35,951 nucleotides of DNA from Pseudomonadota bacterium (GTDB lineage Bacteria > Bdellovibrionota > FAC87 > UBA2466), in contig JAYUGC010000062.1 in NCBI GenBank assembly GCA_043767805.1, positions 1-35,951 of the forward strand. Reading direction: 5' to 3'. The stretch's first letter is position 1. Each line of letters opens with the position of its first letter. Below the pieces are notes generated by a model. It saw nothing but the letters and a program-made list of their open reading frames with translations. It did no database searches and was not told the origin of the DNA. Shown one piece after another: positions 1 through 8,834 of the stretch. The position numbers and the translations under genes are program-made.

Positions 1-45
1 AGGCGCCCCGACTAACCCCGTTTTACCGTCGTAACCTTAAAACTC

Positions 46-1038
46 TTACATGCCGTAGAAGTTGATGCCGGCATCGCCTTGGTACTGGATGATTCGTCCC
101 CAGAGACCCGCGGCGTGGCTGAAGTAAGGCATGTCATAACCCTGATTCCAGTAGCTATTCGGATCATGGCCGGTCTGGTTATTAATCTTGCTGGAGAGAT
201 CCAAGTGCACCGTCTGCGGAGCGTTGCAGGGACCGACGGTGCCCGTGATGTCCAATTTCGCTTGATTCGAAGCCTGAGCGCCGCACTCGGGATAGCTGTA
301 ATCGCTGTAATCCCACCAGTTCATCGGCTGCCAGTAATTATTGTACTGGTTGTTTTGGCCGTACTGATTGTACTGGCTGTACTGGTTATATTGGCTGTTT
401 TGATTGTACTGATTGTATTGGTACTGCGGATACTGAGCGCAAGCCGACTGAAACGACTGCTGATCCTGCAGCGACAAGATGACCGTACCGATGCGCTTGA
501 CCTGGGCCTGAATCTTAACCGTGTTCGTGCCCGAGCCGCTCACTTGCGCCTGTCCGCGACGGAGCACCTGAATCGTGCCGCTCGAGACGATGGACAAGTT
601 CACGCAAAAGGGCTGCTGAATTTGGCTCGCGATGGCGACCGCGAAAGGATCGAAAGCCGCAATCACCGGAGGCGTCACGACGCGAGAACCGAAGTTCAGG
701 TTCATGGTGTGGGTGATGGCCGGGTTCCAGGACCGCGCCATGTTCGAGTAACCAAGATAATAAGAATAAGGATTGGAGGCGCAACCGTAGACCGAGTCAC
801 AGCCTTGGCCGTAGTAGTTGGTTGCGGTTTGGCTCGTGAAACCTTTCGCGGAAGACGACGAGGAGCCGACCTTCATCGGATTCAACAACACGCCTCGTCC
901 GGTATCGGAGGCGAGAGCGAGGTTCGCTTCGCTAAATTGCTTGCTGAAAACTTCGTCCTTCTGAAGTTGAAGGCTCTCCTGTTTGCCGCAGGCAGAGAGT
1001 ACAACGATGAGAGCAAATCCAAAGCTACGGTAGTTCAT
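46..1038 (-). CDS. Hypothetical lipoprotein with a Q/Y/N-rich tandem-repeat segment
   Basis: Start moved to ATG 1038 (AGGAGA SD at 1045-1050). N-terminus MNYRSFGFALIVVLSA-C is a lipobox. The C-terminal half has QYN/QYS repeats. Confidence 0.8.
   Translation of the reverse strand: MNYRSFGFALIVVLSACGKQESLQLQKDEVFSKQFSEANLALASDTGRGVLLNPMKVGSSSSSAKGFTSQTATNYYGQGCDSVYGCASNPYSYYLGYSNMARSWNPAITHTMNLNFGSRVVTPPVIAAFDPFAVAIASQIQQPFCVNLSIVSSGTIQVLRRGQAQVSGSGTNTVKIQAQVKRIGTVILSLQDQQSFQSACAQYPQYQYNQYNQNSQYNQYSQYNQYGQNNQYNNYWQPMNWWDYSDYSYPECGAQASNQAKLDITGTVGPCNAPQTVHLDLSSKINNQTGHDPNSYWNQGYDMPYFSHAAGLWGRIIQYQGDAGINFYGM
334..435 (-). repeat. Degenerate 9-nt tandem repeat encoding (Q-Y-N/S/G)n
   Basis: Repeated ttgtactg/ctgtactg/ttgtattg units; protein QYPQYQYNQYNQNSQYNQYSQYNQYGQNNQYNNY. 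Confidence 0.85.
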
Positions 1039-1101
1039 ATGGTGTCTCCTAGTTGACCAAACCAAAGTTGCGTTCGTTTGATGCGTCTGCCCTGGTACTA
1101 G

Positions 1102-1117
1102 TGCAAGGGCGGGGCCA
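1102..1117 (-). promoter_or_regulatory. sigma54 (-24/-12) promoter of the lipoprotein gene
   Basis: Minus strand TGGCCCCGCCCTTGCA = GG-N10-GC, ~65 nt upstream of ATG 1038; 15 nt identical to 7986-8000. Confidence 0.75.
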
Positions 1118-1234
1118 CCCGTTTCCAAGCACGGGGTGTATTCTGCAAGCGTTCACCTACCCCCCAATCGGTTGACACTGCCCTTTCTCCCGACGCGCCA
1201 AGACTCAAAGATACCCAGCACTTAGAGCGAAACG

Positions 1235-1255
1235 CACAGGCTGTATACAGCTGTG
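1235..1255. promoter_or_regulatory. Palindromic operator or candidate enhancer site
   Basis: cacaggctgtatacagctgtg with perfect core gctgtatacagc, ~120-140 bp upstream of the sigma54 promoter, between divergent genes. Confidence 0.4.
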
Positions 1256-1296
1256 GAACTGTCCAACAGGGGGACAGGGGGTTAGAATGAAAGGGA

Positions 1297-2355
1297 ATGA
1301 ATATCCTCTACTTCGGCTCCATGGACGGCACCTCCAGCGCCCTCAATTACTTCACTTCCCTGGGGAAACTGGGCGGTACCACCCTGCCCTTCGATCCTCG
1401 CTACTTCGATAGCAGCAGTCCTTGGGAAAGACTCGGCATGCGAATCCGCAAAGAGCCGGGCCAAGCGCGGCGGCAGGCGGCGGCCGATCAACTTTTGCGT
1501 CTTTGCAAAGCGAGCCGCTTCGATCTCGTCTTCGTCATGTCGGAAAACTTTCTCTCTGGAGACACGATCCGCGCCATTCGCTCGCAGGTCCCGAATCCCC
1601 CGAAGTTCATTTACCACTCCCACGACAATAATTATTCCTCCGGCATCTTGAAGCCCGCGGACTTTTTTACCAAAACGCTGGTCGAGTACGACCACGTCTT
1701 CACCACCAAATCTCAAAACGAAGCGCGCTACCGCGCCGATGGCGTGCGCTCCGCGCACTATATTCCTTCCGCTTACGAGCCCGCCGTGCATCGGCCCCTC
1801 TCTCCGGAAGAAAGCCGTCTCGGCAAAAGAGAGTACGAAGCGGTGTTCGTCGGAACTTACGATCGCTCCCGGGAAGCCTACATGGCGGCTCTCGGCTGGG
1901 ACCACTTGAATGTCTGGGGCTCGGACTGGACGCGCTACTCGCAGTTTGCGAAGCACCGAGATCGCATCATCCCGCATGCGATCTACTATCTCGAGTTCGC
2001 CGACGTCATGAGCCACAGCAAGATGGCCCTTGGCATCTTGAGAGAGGAAGCGGAAGACCGCCACACGCAACGCACCTTCGAGCTTCCCGCCTGCGGCGTC
2101 TTGCAGCTCGCCCCTCGCAACGAAGAGATTCTCGGCTTCTTCGAAGAGGACCGTGAGATCGTCTGCTTCAGCTCACCCCAAGAGCTCAGCGACAAGGTTC
2201 ACTACTACTTGCAGCACGATAAACAGGCGCGCAAGGTCGCGGACGCGGGCCATAAGCGCTGCCTTGCCGGCGGCCATGCCTATGACGATCGAGTCACCAC
2301 GATCTTGAAGATCGCGGCGGGCGCGAAGCAGACAGCGACGCGGGCGCGCGCTTAG
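1297..2355 (+). CDS. CgeB/DUF3880-like glycosyltransferase (Glyco_trans_1_2 C-terminal domain)
   Basis: Motifs FVGTY..SRE, RTFELPACG, FFEEDREIVCFSSPQEL..KVHYYL..D, H.YDDRV. Confidence 0.85.
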   Translation: MNILYFGSMDGTSSALNYFTSLGKLGGTTLPFDPRYFDSSSPWERLGMRIRKEPGQARRQAAADQLLRLCKASRFDLVFVMSENFLSGDTIRAIRSQVPNPPKFIYHSHDNNYSSGILKPADFFTKTLVEYDHVFTTKSQNEARYRADGVRSAHYIPSAYEPAVHRPLSPEESRLGKREYEAVFVGTYDRSREAYMAALGWDHLNVWGSDWTRYSQFAKHRDRIIPHAIYYLEFADVMSHSKMALGILREEAEDRHTQRTFELPACGVLQLAPRNEEILGFFEEDREIVCFSSPQELSDKVHYYLQHDKQARKVADAGHKRCLAGGHAYDDRVTTILKIAAGAKQTATRARA

Positions 2356-3515
2356 TCCTTCGCGGCCAGGTCGTCGGCGACGCGGATGAGGTGGAGCTTC
2401 GGATCCATCGCGAAGGCGAAGTGGCGATAAGCCGCCTCGCACGCTTCCGCGGAATCTCTCGATAGCTTCAAGGCGGCTTCCGTGCAGCTCTGCAAATCAC
2501 CCACGCGCGGGAAGAAGCGCCCTATCTCTTCCGTTTTCGGAGTGACGGTGGCGACACAGCCGGCGCCGAAGAAGACGGACTCCAAAATCTTCGTCGCGAA
2601 GGCGCCGTTCTGCCGCCAGGCGCCGCGGTAGAGCAAGAGTGAAACGTTAATGCGTTCCCAAATCGCCCGGAGCTGTTCGCGCGGCACCCAGGGGACGTAG
2701 TGGAAGTTCGGATAGATGGACTTCATCTCTTCGACTTTGCCCATGCCGTAGAGATTGGTCCGGCCGGCCAGAATGAAGCCGTAATCGGGAAGCGAGTGAA
2801 CGAGGTTTTCGAACAAGACGAAATCGAAATCTTCGCTGCCGAAGGAGCCGATGTAGCCCATGACTTTTTCGGGAAAGTTCTTGGGAAAATCGTAGGGCTT
2901 TTCGGAATCGAATACCGGCGCGAGATCCATGGGCGGAAGCGCGAGGCTCACCTTTTGCCCAAGGCCCTGCATTTGATCGAGAGCGTTCCGATTCTGGCAG
3001 AAAACGAGTTTCGCCTTCTGGCAGAGCGCTCCTTGAGGATGGTTGCGCGTCGGATCGTCAAAGACCGAGTAGACGTCCACGTACGGGAGCTTTTCGGCAA
3101 TGACGTCCGGAAGACCGGACTGAATCCAAAGGACGGATTTCTTTCCCTCGGACGAAAGACGGCGGCGAATTTCGGCGGCCTGCGAGGACGCGACGATGTG
3201 ATTGACCGCCGTGAAACGCCGGCCCGGGAACGAGAAGAGCTGACGGACTTCTAGGCTCAGCGGAATGTTTTTGGTGACGGGACGGCGCGGCCGCCAGTCC
3301 ATGCCGTCGAGCCAAAGCACGGGAACTCTTTCGGCGGCGAGCGCGCGAGCCAGACTCTGCTGCACGAAGCCATGACGGCCCCAGAACGGACAATCGCTCA
3401 CGAAAACCACGCCTCCGCGGGCGCGGTAGTAACGAACGGCGCGGTCCCATCCCTTAGCCACTTCGGCTTGGAGTTCGTCGGCCACGGTTTGACGTTTTAG
3501 AGCTAGATTTCGCAC
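2352..3515 (-). CDS. GT-B fold glycosyltransferase (GT4-like); start uncertain
   Basis: MGYIGSF...DFVLFENLV...PDYGFILAG, VPWVPREQL, TKILESVFFG..CVAT; convergent overlap with the neighbouring GT. Confidence 0.75.
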   Translation of the reverse strand: MRNLALKRQTVADELQAEVAKGWDRAVRYYRARGGVVFVSDCPFWGRHGFVQQSLARALAAERVPVLWLDGMDWRPRRPVTKNIPLSLEVRQLFSFPGRRFTAVNHIVASSQAAEIRRRLSSEGKKSVLWIQSGLPDVIAEKLPYVDVYSVFDDPTRNHPQGALCQKAKLVFCQNRNALDQMQGLGQKVSLALPPMDLAPVFDSEKPYDFPKNFPEKVMGYIGSFGSEDFDFVLFENLVHSLPDYGFILAGRTNLYGMGKVEEMKSIYPNFHYVPWVPREQLRAIWERINVSLLLYRGAWRQNGAFATKILESVFFGAGCVATVTPKTEEIGRFFPRVGDLQSCTEAALKLSRDSAEACEAAYRHFAFAMDPKLHLIRVADDLAAKD

Positions 3516-3645
3516 GAATGAATGAGAGCGTTCTGCTCCTCATATCGGCGAAAAATGAAGTTTTCTGAAGGGCCAGGAAAGGAAAAATTAACCGGCCGAT
3601 AAACGGCGCCGCACTGCCCGCCGGCAGGCACGTTTACGCTTGGTG

Positions 3646-5004
3646 TTACCCACTTTTGTCTGTGTCCATGGGCTCTTCGGCGGGCTCCGCTTCTTCCTCG
3701 GGCAAGGTTAGGCGATCGATCTTCGCGTCATAAGACAAGATCTCGGCATAACGGCCGAAGGCCACGAGCGTATCGAAAAGGCTATCGAGGCGCTCGTTGG
3801 GGAAATAACTCTGCAATCTTTCGATGACCGTCTCACGCTCGATCTCGTGCTCTTCGGACTCTTCGAGCCAGGTAAGCAGCGTCTGGAAAATGCGCAGCCG
3901 CCGCACCTGATCCGAGAACATGTCCTTCTTCTCGCTCGGCTCCGCGCGGATGTAGCGCTTGCCCAGCTCAGTGAAGATGACGTTCTGTTTCGGCGTATCG
4001 ACGAAGTCCAGAAGCTCCGCGGTTTTCGCGACGGCGAGCGAGCGGCCGAACTCCATCTCGACTTCGGTGGCGAGCTTGAACATGTCCGCTTTGCCGCCGA
4101 AATTATCGAGCACTTCCAAAAGACCGATCACTTCCGAGGGGAAAACTTCCGGAAGCAGCTCGAGACCCTGATACCAAGCCGGCTGCGCGACGGTGGTCGC
4201 TTCCTTCTCTTCGGGAATCAGCGCTTCGGTCAGTACCGAGTGAATGACGTTGACGAGATCTTGAATCTTCGGATCGTTCGGCTCACGCGGGTACGGAAGC
4301 GGATTGGTCAAAACGGTGCGCACGTGTCCCGGATCATCTCCGAACACGATGATCCTTTGGGCCATGACCACGGCCTCGAAAATATCGTGAGTCACGAGGA
4401 CGATGCTCCTCATGGACTTCACCTTGTCGCTCCAAAGGGCCACGACTTCCGCGCGCATGTGCTCCGCGGTCAAGACGTCGGACGAGCTGAACGGCTCATC
4501 GAGACAAAGGATCTCGGGCTGAACAGTCAGCGCGCGCGCGATACCCACGCGCTGGCGCATGCCGCCTGAAAGCTCGCGGGGATAGGCTTCCTCGAAACCG
4601 GCGAGGCCCACCAGATCGAAAACCTGATCCAGCCGCTCCTTCTGCTCCTTCGCCGTGAGGCGGAGGCCTTGCAGCGCGAGGCCCACGTTCTGCTCTGCCG
4701 TAAACCACGGGAGCAGCGCGAAGTTTTGAAACACCATGGCCATCTTGTCGTTTATCCCAACGAGCTTCTTGCCCCGGGAATAGACGGTGCCTTCCGTGGG
4801 GGGAACGAGACCCGACATGATCTTCAAAACGGTGGTTTTTCCGCAACCCGAAGGACCGAGGAACGCCACGATCTCGCCATCGTTCACGGCGATGTTGATG
4901 TTCTTCAGAACCTGAATGACGTGACCCCGCCCCATTTGGAAGCTCTTGGAGACCCGTTCCAGGACCAGAAGCGGCTCGCGAGTTGTAGATGTCGTTACCG
5001 TCAT
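3646..5004 (-). CDS. NitT/TauT-family ABC transporter ATP-binding protein with C-terminal AAA-associated domain
   Basis: Walker A GPSGCGKT, signature LSGGMRQR, Walker B LCLDEPF; long C-terminal extension. Confidence 0.92.
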   Translation of the reverse strand: MTVTTSTTREPLLVLERVSKSFQMGRGHVIQVLKNINIAVNDGEIVAFLGPSGCGKTTVLKIMSGLVPPTEGTVYSRGKKLVGINDKMAMVFQNFALLPWFTAEQNVGLALQGLRLTAKEQKERLDQVFDLVGLAGFEEAYPRELSGGMRQRVGIARALTVQPEILCLDEPFSSSDVLTAEHMRAEVVALWSDKVKSMRSIVLVTHDIFEAVVMAQRIIVFGDDPGHVRTVLTNPLPYPREPNDPKIQDLVNVIHSVLTEALIPEEKEATTVAQPAWYQGLELLPEVFPSEVIGLLEVLDNFGGKADMFKLATEVEMEFGRSLAVAKTAELLDFVDTPKQNVIFTELGKRYIRAEPSEKKDMFSDQVRRLRIFQTLLTWLEESEEHEIERETVIERLQSYFPNERLDSLFDTLVAFGRYAEILSYDAKIDRLTLPEEEAEPAEEPMDTDKSG

Positions 5005-5006
5005 AC

Positions 5007-6746
5007 CTATACGTCCATCTTGTACTTAGTTTCGGCCTGATGGTAGAGCCATCCCCACAAAAATCGATTAATCAGCACCACCGTTACTACCAGAACCGTA
5101 ATACCCGAAGCCAGAGCCGCGAAATCCGCCGATTCCGCATAAAAGGTAATGGCGGAGCCGATGCCTTTGGCTTGGTGCACCTGATCGCCGGTCTTTACCC
5201 ATTCAGCGACGATGCATGCGTTCCACGCGCCGCCCGCGGCCGTCACCCAGCCGTTCACGAGCGACGGATAGATGGCGGGAAAAATGATCGACTTCCAATA
5301 AGCCACGCCGCGGATTCTGAGAAGCTCCGCGAGCTCCATGACGGACGCCGGAATGGCGCTCGCCCCGCTGATGATGTTAAACAGGATGTACCACTGAGAG
5401 CTCAGCATCAGCAGCACGATGGAGCCCAGCTCCAGCCGAATGCCCATTTTCGCCATGACCAAAACGATGAGCGGGAAAAGCATGGGGAACGGAAACGCGG
5501 CGACGATTTGCACCACGGGCTGAAGTCTTCGGGTGAGCGCGGGCCGCGTGCCGATGAGAACGCCCACCGGAATGCACCACAAGCTTCCAAGTACTACCGC
5601 GATGCAGACCCGGATTAACGTCAAGCCGGTCTCGGCCAGCAGCTTCACCCACATCCCGCCCGTGGTGGCCGCGACGAATTGGTACATTTTCCAGGTGCCG
5701 CCCACCAGAATCAAAGCGAGGAGCGCGAAACCGGCATAACGCAGCGTCGTTTTCCACGACGGCGTCACTCGCGCGACGAAACGCACGGGAGCCGGAGCTT
5801 TCTCTAGACGCAGAAGGGCGTCTCGGCGCTCGCCGAGCCGATCCTTCAAAGTCTCCACGAGCTGGAAGTACTTGGAGAGCAGATCGGACTTCATGACGAG
5901 ATCGAGCACGAAAGAACGGGGGATCGTCTCCTCCCGCTTTGACTGAAACTTAAAGCGCTCGGACCAGACGACGAGGGGCGCCCAAAGGACGCGATCCACG
6001 AGAATGATGAGGACGAACATTGCGATGACGCCCGCGAAAATCGCGCCGTAGTCGTGCCGCTCGTGAGCGACCGCCATATAGGAGCCCAGTCCCGGTAGCC
6101 GGAAACTCCTATCTCCCAGCGAGAAGGACTCGATGGTCATCAAGAAGAACCAGCCGCCCGCCATGGAAAGCATGCTGTTCCACAAAAGGCCGTTCGCCGC
6201 GAAGGGTAGCTCTACCGATCGAAGCACTTGCATGGGCGTCAGCCGAAGGAGCGCCGTCATGTCCTTCCACTCATCGGGAACGGCTTTGAGCGAAGTATAA
6301 AAGCTGAAAACCATATTCCAGGCCTGGCCCGAGAAAATCATCAGGATGGCGGCGAGCTCGAGGCCGATGTTGTTGCTAGGAAAGAGATGCACGAGGGTCA
6401 GAACGAGACCCGGCATGAAACCCAAGACCGGGACGCTCTGCAAAATATCGAGGATAGAAATCAGGAGCGGCTCGAGGCGGCGCGATTTCGCGGCCACGTA
6501 GCCATAAGTCAGCGTGAAAGCGAGGGAGCAGACGTAAGCCAGCGCCACGCGCACGAGGGAAAGAAACGAATAACCGACGAGAGAAGCGAGATTGAGCTCA
6601 ATCTGCGTGGAAGGATGGAACGGCGAAGTCCAAATCTGGGCAACCCCGACCAGCCCATACACGAAGGCCACGAGGAATAAGAGAACAAGCGCGTCCGCAA
6701 AGCTGACTGGACGCGGCAGTTTGACTCGGACGTTTTGCAGTCCCAC
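5007..6746 (-). CDS. NitT/TauT-family ABC transporter permease with two fused membrane domains
   Basis: LDILQSVPVLGFMP, GQAWNMVFSFY.SLK, SMAGGWFFL, TAAGGAWNA motifs; immediately upstream of the ATPase. Confidence 0.92.
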   Translation of the reverse strand: MGLQNVRVKLPRPVSFADALVLLFLVAFVYGLVGVAQIWTSPFHPSTQIELNLASLVGYSFLSLVRVALAYVCSLAFTLTYGYVAAKSRRLEPLLISILDILQSVPVLGFMPGLVLTLVHLFPSNNIGLELAAILMIFSGQAWNMVFSFYTSLKAVPDEWKDMTALLRLTPMQVLRSVELPFAANGLLWNSMLSMAGGWFFLMTIESFSLGDRSFRLPGLGSYMAVAHERHDYGAIFAGVIAMFVLIILVDRVLWAPLVVWSERFKFQSKREETIPRSFVLDLVMKSDLLSKYFQLVETLKDRLGERRDALLRLEKAPAPVRFVARVTPSWKTTLRYAGFALLALILVGGTWKMYQFVAATTGGMWVKLLAETGLTLIRVCIAVVLGSLWCIPVGVLIGTRPALTRRLQPVVQIVAAFPFPMLFPLIVLVMAKMGIRLELGSIVLLMLSSQWYILFNIISGASAIPASVMELAELLRIRGVAYWKSIIFPAIYPSLVNGWVTAAGGAWNACIVAEWVKTGDQVHQAKGIGSAITFYAESADFAALASGITVLVVTVVLINRFLWGWLYHQAETKYKMDV

Positions 6747-6870
6747 TGAGCGCTCCGATTAAAATTCTAGGGCTAGGGTCCAAAAGAGAAACCTCTATTT
6801 TCACTATGGTTTTTTGGCCAAAGTAAGTCCAGGCAAAAAGGCGGCGGGACGGGAGAAAACCCGGCGCTGA

Positions 6871-7056
6871 CGCGCGCTCGATCCGGGCAGTGACTGGTTG
6901 CTGGATGCTGGTACGAGGTAGGCCATTAGATCTCCCCCTCTCGTACTTCTCATTAACGGCGACCCGTCGTCATAGAGGAGTGCGGGAGGAGAAGATCAAA
7001 TAGCCTACCTCGTACCAGCATCCAGCAACCAGTCACTGCCTTGGATCGAACGCGCG
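6871..7056. repeat. Long inverted repeat forming a ~186-nt hairpin with a 38-bp perfect stem
   Basis: 6886-6923 is the exact reverse complement of 7003-7040; pairing continues outward to 6871/7056 and inward to a 3-nt loop near 6962-6964. Confidence 0.95.
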
Positions 7057-7165
7057 GGACGCGCGGGTTCCCACCCCGAAAACCAAAAACCCCAATCTTG
7101 GGAGCGAATTTTTAGCTTCGCTGCCAGGACTGAGGTCTCAGTTTTGTCTGAGATTTTAAAACATA

Positions 7166-7202
7166 GGGATTCCGAGGAGCCCCGGTGCACCCTCGGAATC
7201 CC
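7166..7202. repeat. 12-bp perfect hairpin
   Basis: gggattccgagg ... cctcggaatccc. Confidence 0.8.
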
Positions 7203-7243
7203 ATTAGAAAGCGATGACACCGCACCGCCCCCCAATCTAACTA

Positions 7244-7274
7244 TTAAGGATTAACGTTAAGGGTTAATCCTTAA
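7244..7274. terminator. 12-bp AT-rich perfect inverted repeat; terminator or operator candidate downstream of the 7339-7941 gene
   Basis: ttaaggattaac-gttaagg-gttaatccttaa. Confidence 0.45.
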
Positions 7275-7338
7275 CCTAAACTCATCGAGAGCGTCCCCTA
7301 CCCCAGGCAACGTCCTCCCACTGCCTCGTCCCCACCCC

Positions 7339-7941
7339 TTACTCTGGCAGCTCGTTGCCGCGAAGCCACGCCATCCTTGGCTCTGACTTCTTCCCCCGGC
7401 GACGAAGTCCTTCCCCCGTTCGTTTTGCGAGCGCTCCATCCCCCCTCGGAGATCGGCGGGCGCTTTTGGCGGGTGTGGCCCCCTGTCCCGGCGCGGGACA
7501 GTTCGAAACCAATTGCGTCGTAACCCATTGCAAGTCTTTCCTGGCTTGAACGAGATCTTGGCGGATCATCTCGAGCTGATAGCCCTGATGGATCCAGACG
7601 GCGAACTGAGGACCGCAGTACTCCGCCATGGCCGACTCCGAGAGGTCCCCAACATTCATGGGTACCCCTTTCGTCTTCGCGCAGGTAACGAGAGACTCAC
7701 GGTATCCCTTGATCTTTGCGATCTGGGCCTCGAGAACGGTTTGGTGGGTGGAGGCGAGCTGGCGATTGTCCGTCTGAAGCTGGCGCAGGACGGAGCAAGT
7801 CTCGCCTCGTTCGGCGGCCCGGTGGCTCGCTCGCGTGGGAAGCCACTCGGGTTGCGCGGAAGCTTTCATACCCAAAGTCAGCGCCGCTAGCAGCAGGCCG
7901 GCCGCGAGAGAAAGCCCTCGGTTTTTCTTATTTCCCCTCAT
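7339..7941 (-). CDS. Hypothetical secreted protein (coiled-coil, 4 Cys)
   Basis: Start ATG 7941 with GAGGA SD; signal peptide MRGNKKNRGLSLAAGLLLAALTLGMKASA; sigma54 promoter upstream. Confidence 0.75.
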   Translation of the reverse strand: MRGNKKNRGLSLAAGLLLAALTLGMKASAQPEWLPTRASHRAAERGETCSVLRQLQTDNRQLASTHQTVLEAQIAKIKGYRESLVTCAKTKGVPMNVGDLSESAMAEYCGPQFAVWIHQGYQLEMIRQDLVQARKDLQWVTTQLVSNCPAPGQGATPAKSARRSPRGDGALAKRTGEGLRRRGKKSEPRMAWLRGNELPE

Positions 7942-7984
7942 CTCGTATCCTCTTCTTTTGCGTCGTCTTCTTGAGGATTGTAAG

Positions 7985-8000
7985 AGCAAGGGCGGGGCCA
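7985..8000 (-). promoter_or_regulatory. sigma54 (-24/-12) promoter
   Basis: Minus strand TGGCCCCGCCCTTGCT, GG-N10-GC, ~45 nt upstream of ATG 7941. Confidence 0.75.
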
Positions 8001-8195
8001 AGTTCAACACGCGTCGAAAGTCTGTACGCGCGACGAACTTTTTGGCGCTTTTTATCGACGCAATTCTAACTGCCCGGAATCTTAAGGAGGAGCCCGTCCG
8101 TTTCTTAGGCGGGCCCCCGGAATCACCCCGTATTCTAAAAGTGGGGTGCGATTTTTCGTGGCTTTTCCGGAGGGGGTGATCAAAGACTTACCGCT

Positions 8196-8834
8196 TTAGC
8201 CGTTGCTCAAGGCCTTCTTCAACCGCTCCAAGCCGCCATCGGCGGGCTTACCAAACCAGATGGACCAGAAATCATCGGCCAAGCCCTTGCCCTTCGCGGG
8301 ATAGGCCTTGCCCTGGAGCTCGTAGGTCACGCCTTGGGTGCCGTCCGCGTTTTGATAGCCCGCGAAGGTGATGGTCTGGCCCTTTTTTAGGTCGAACGAG
8401 ATTTGGCTGAGTAACGATGCCATGCCGGAAGAGGTGGGATCCACCTCATTGGCCTTGAGAGCGTCCGCGAACGCGTCCCGGATCTTTTCGGCGCTCAAGT
8501 CACGGAGCAGAGTGAGCTGAATCACCCGGTACTTCGCGGTTTTCAAAAGCGCCATCGGCTCCTCGGGAAGTTTCGGCCCCACATCGGCGTAATGGGTCGC
8601 GAAATAGACGTTCACATTCACGAAGACGATTTTCTTCTCGCGCAAGCCCGCACCGGTCGCCTTCAAACCCGCGCCCTCTCCCGCGGTTACGCCGGGAAGC
8701 TTCAGCAACGCCTCACGGTAGTAGGGAATTTGAAGGCCCGACTCCTCGAACTGCTTTAAGGGCGTGCCCCGGAACTCCAGGATGTTTCCGAGCGCCATCG
8801 CGGTAAGCGTCATGCCGAAAACCCAAAGCTTCAT
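8196..8834 (-). CDS. Chalcone isomerase-like family protein (secreted)
   Basis: LKATGAGLREKKIVFVNVNVYFA, LLRDLSAEKIRDAF..AL, FWSIWFGKPAD..LKKAL; ATGA overlap with the M48 stop at 8831-8834. Confidence 0.8.
   Translation of the reverse strand: MKLWVFGMTLTAMALGNILEFRGTPLKQFEESGLQIPYYREALLKLPGVTAGEGAGLKATGAGLREKKIVFVNVNVYFATHYADVGPKLPEEPMALLKTAKYRVIQLTLLRDLSAEKIRDAFADALKANEVDPTSSGMASLLSQISFDLKKGQTITFAGYQNADGTQGVTYELQGKAYPAKGKGLADDFWSIWFGKPADGGLERLKKALSNG

Noticed and set aside
79..1056. Plus-strand 325-aa ORF with LIVLAV repeats
   Set aside because: Antisense shadow of the QYN repeat lipoprotein, which has the lipobox, SD and promoter.
3542..3602. GCCGATA(A/T) sigma28-like -10 boxes on both strands
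   Set aside because: The -35 matches are poor, and the plus-strand copy points antisense into the ABC gene; insufficient support.
7005..7528. Short ORFs overlapping the hairpin region
   Set aside because: No SD, atypical composition, and they overlap strong inverted repeats or the 3' end of the real 7339-7941 gene.
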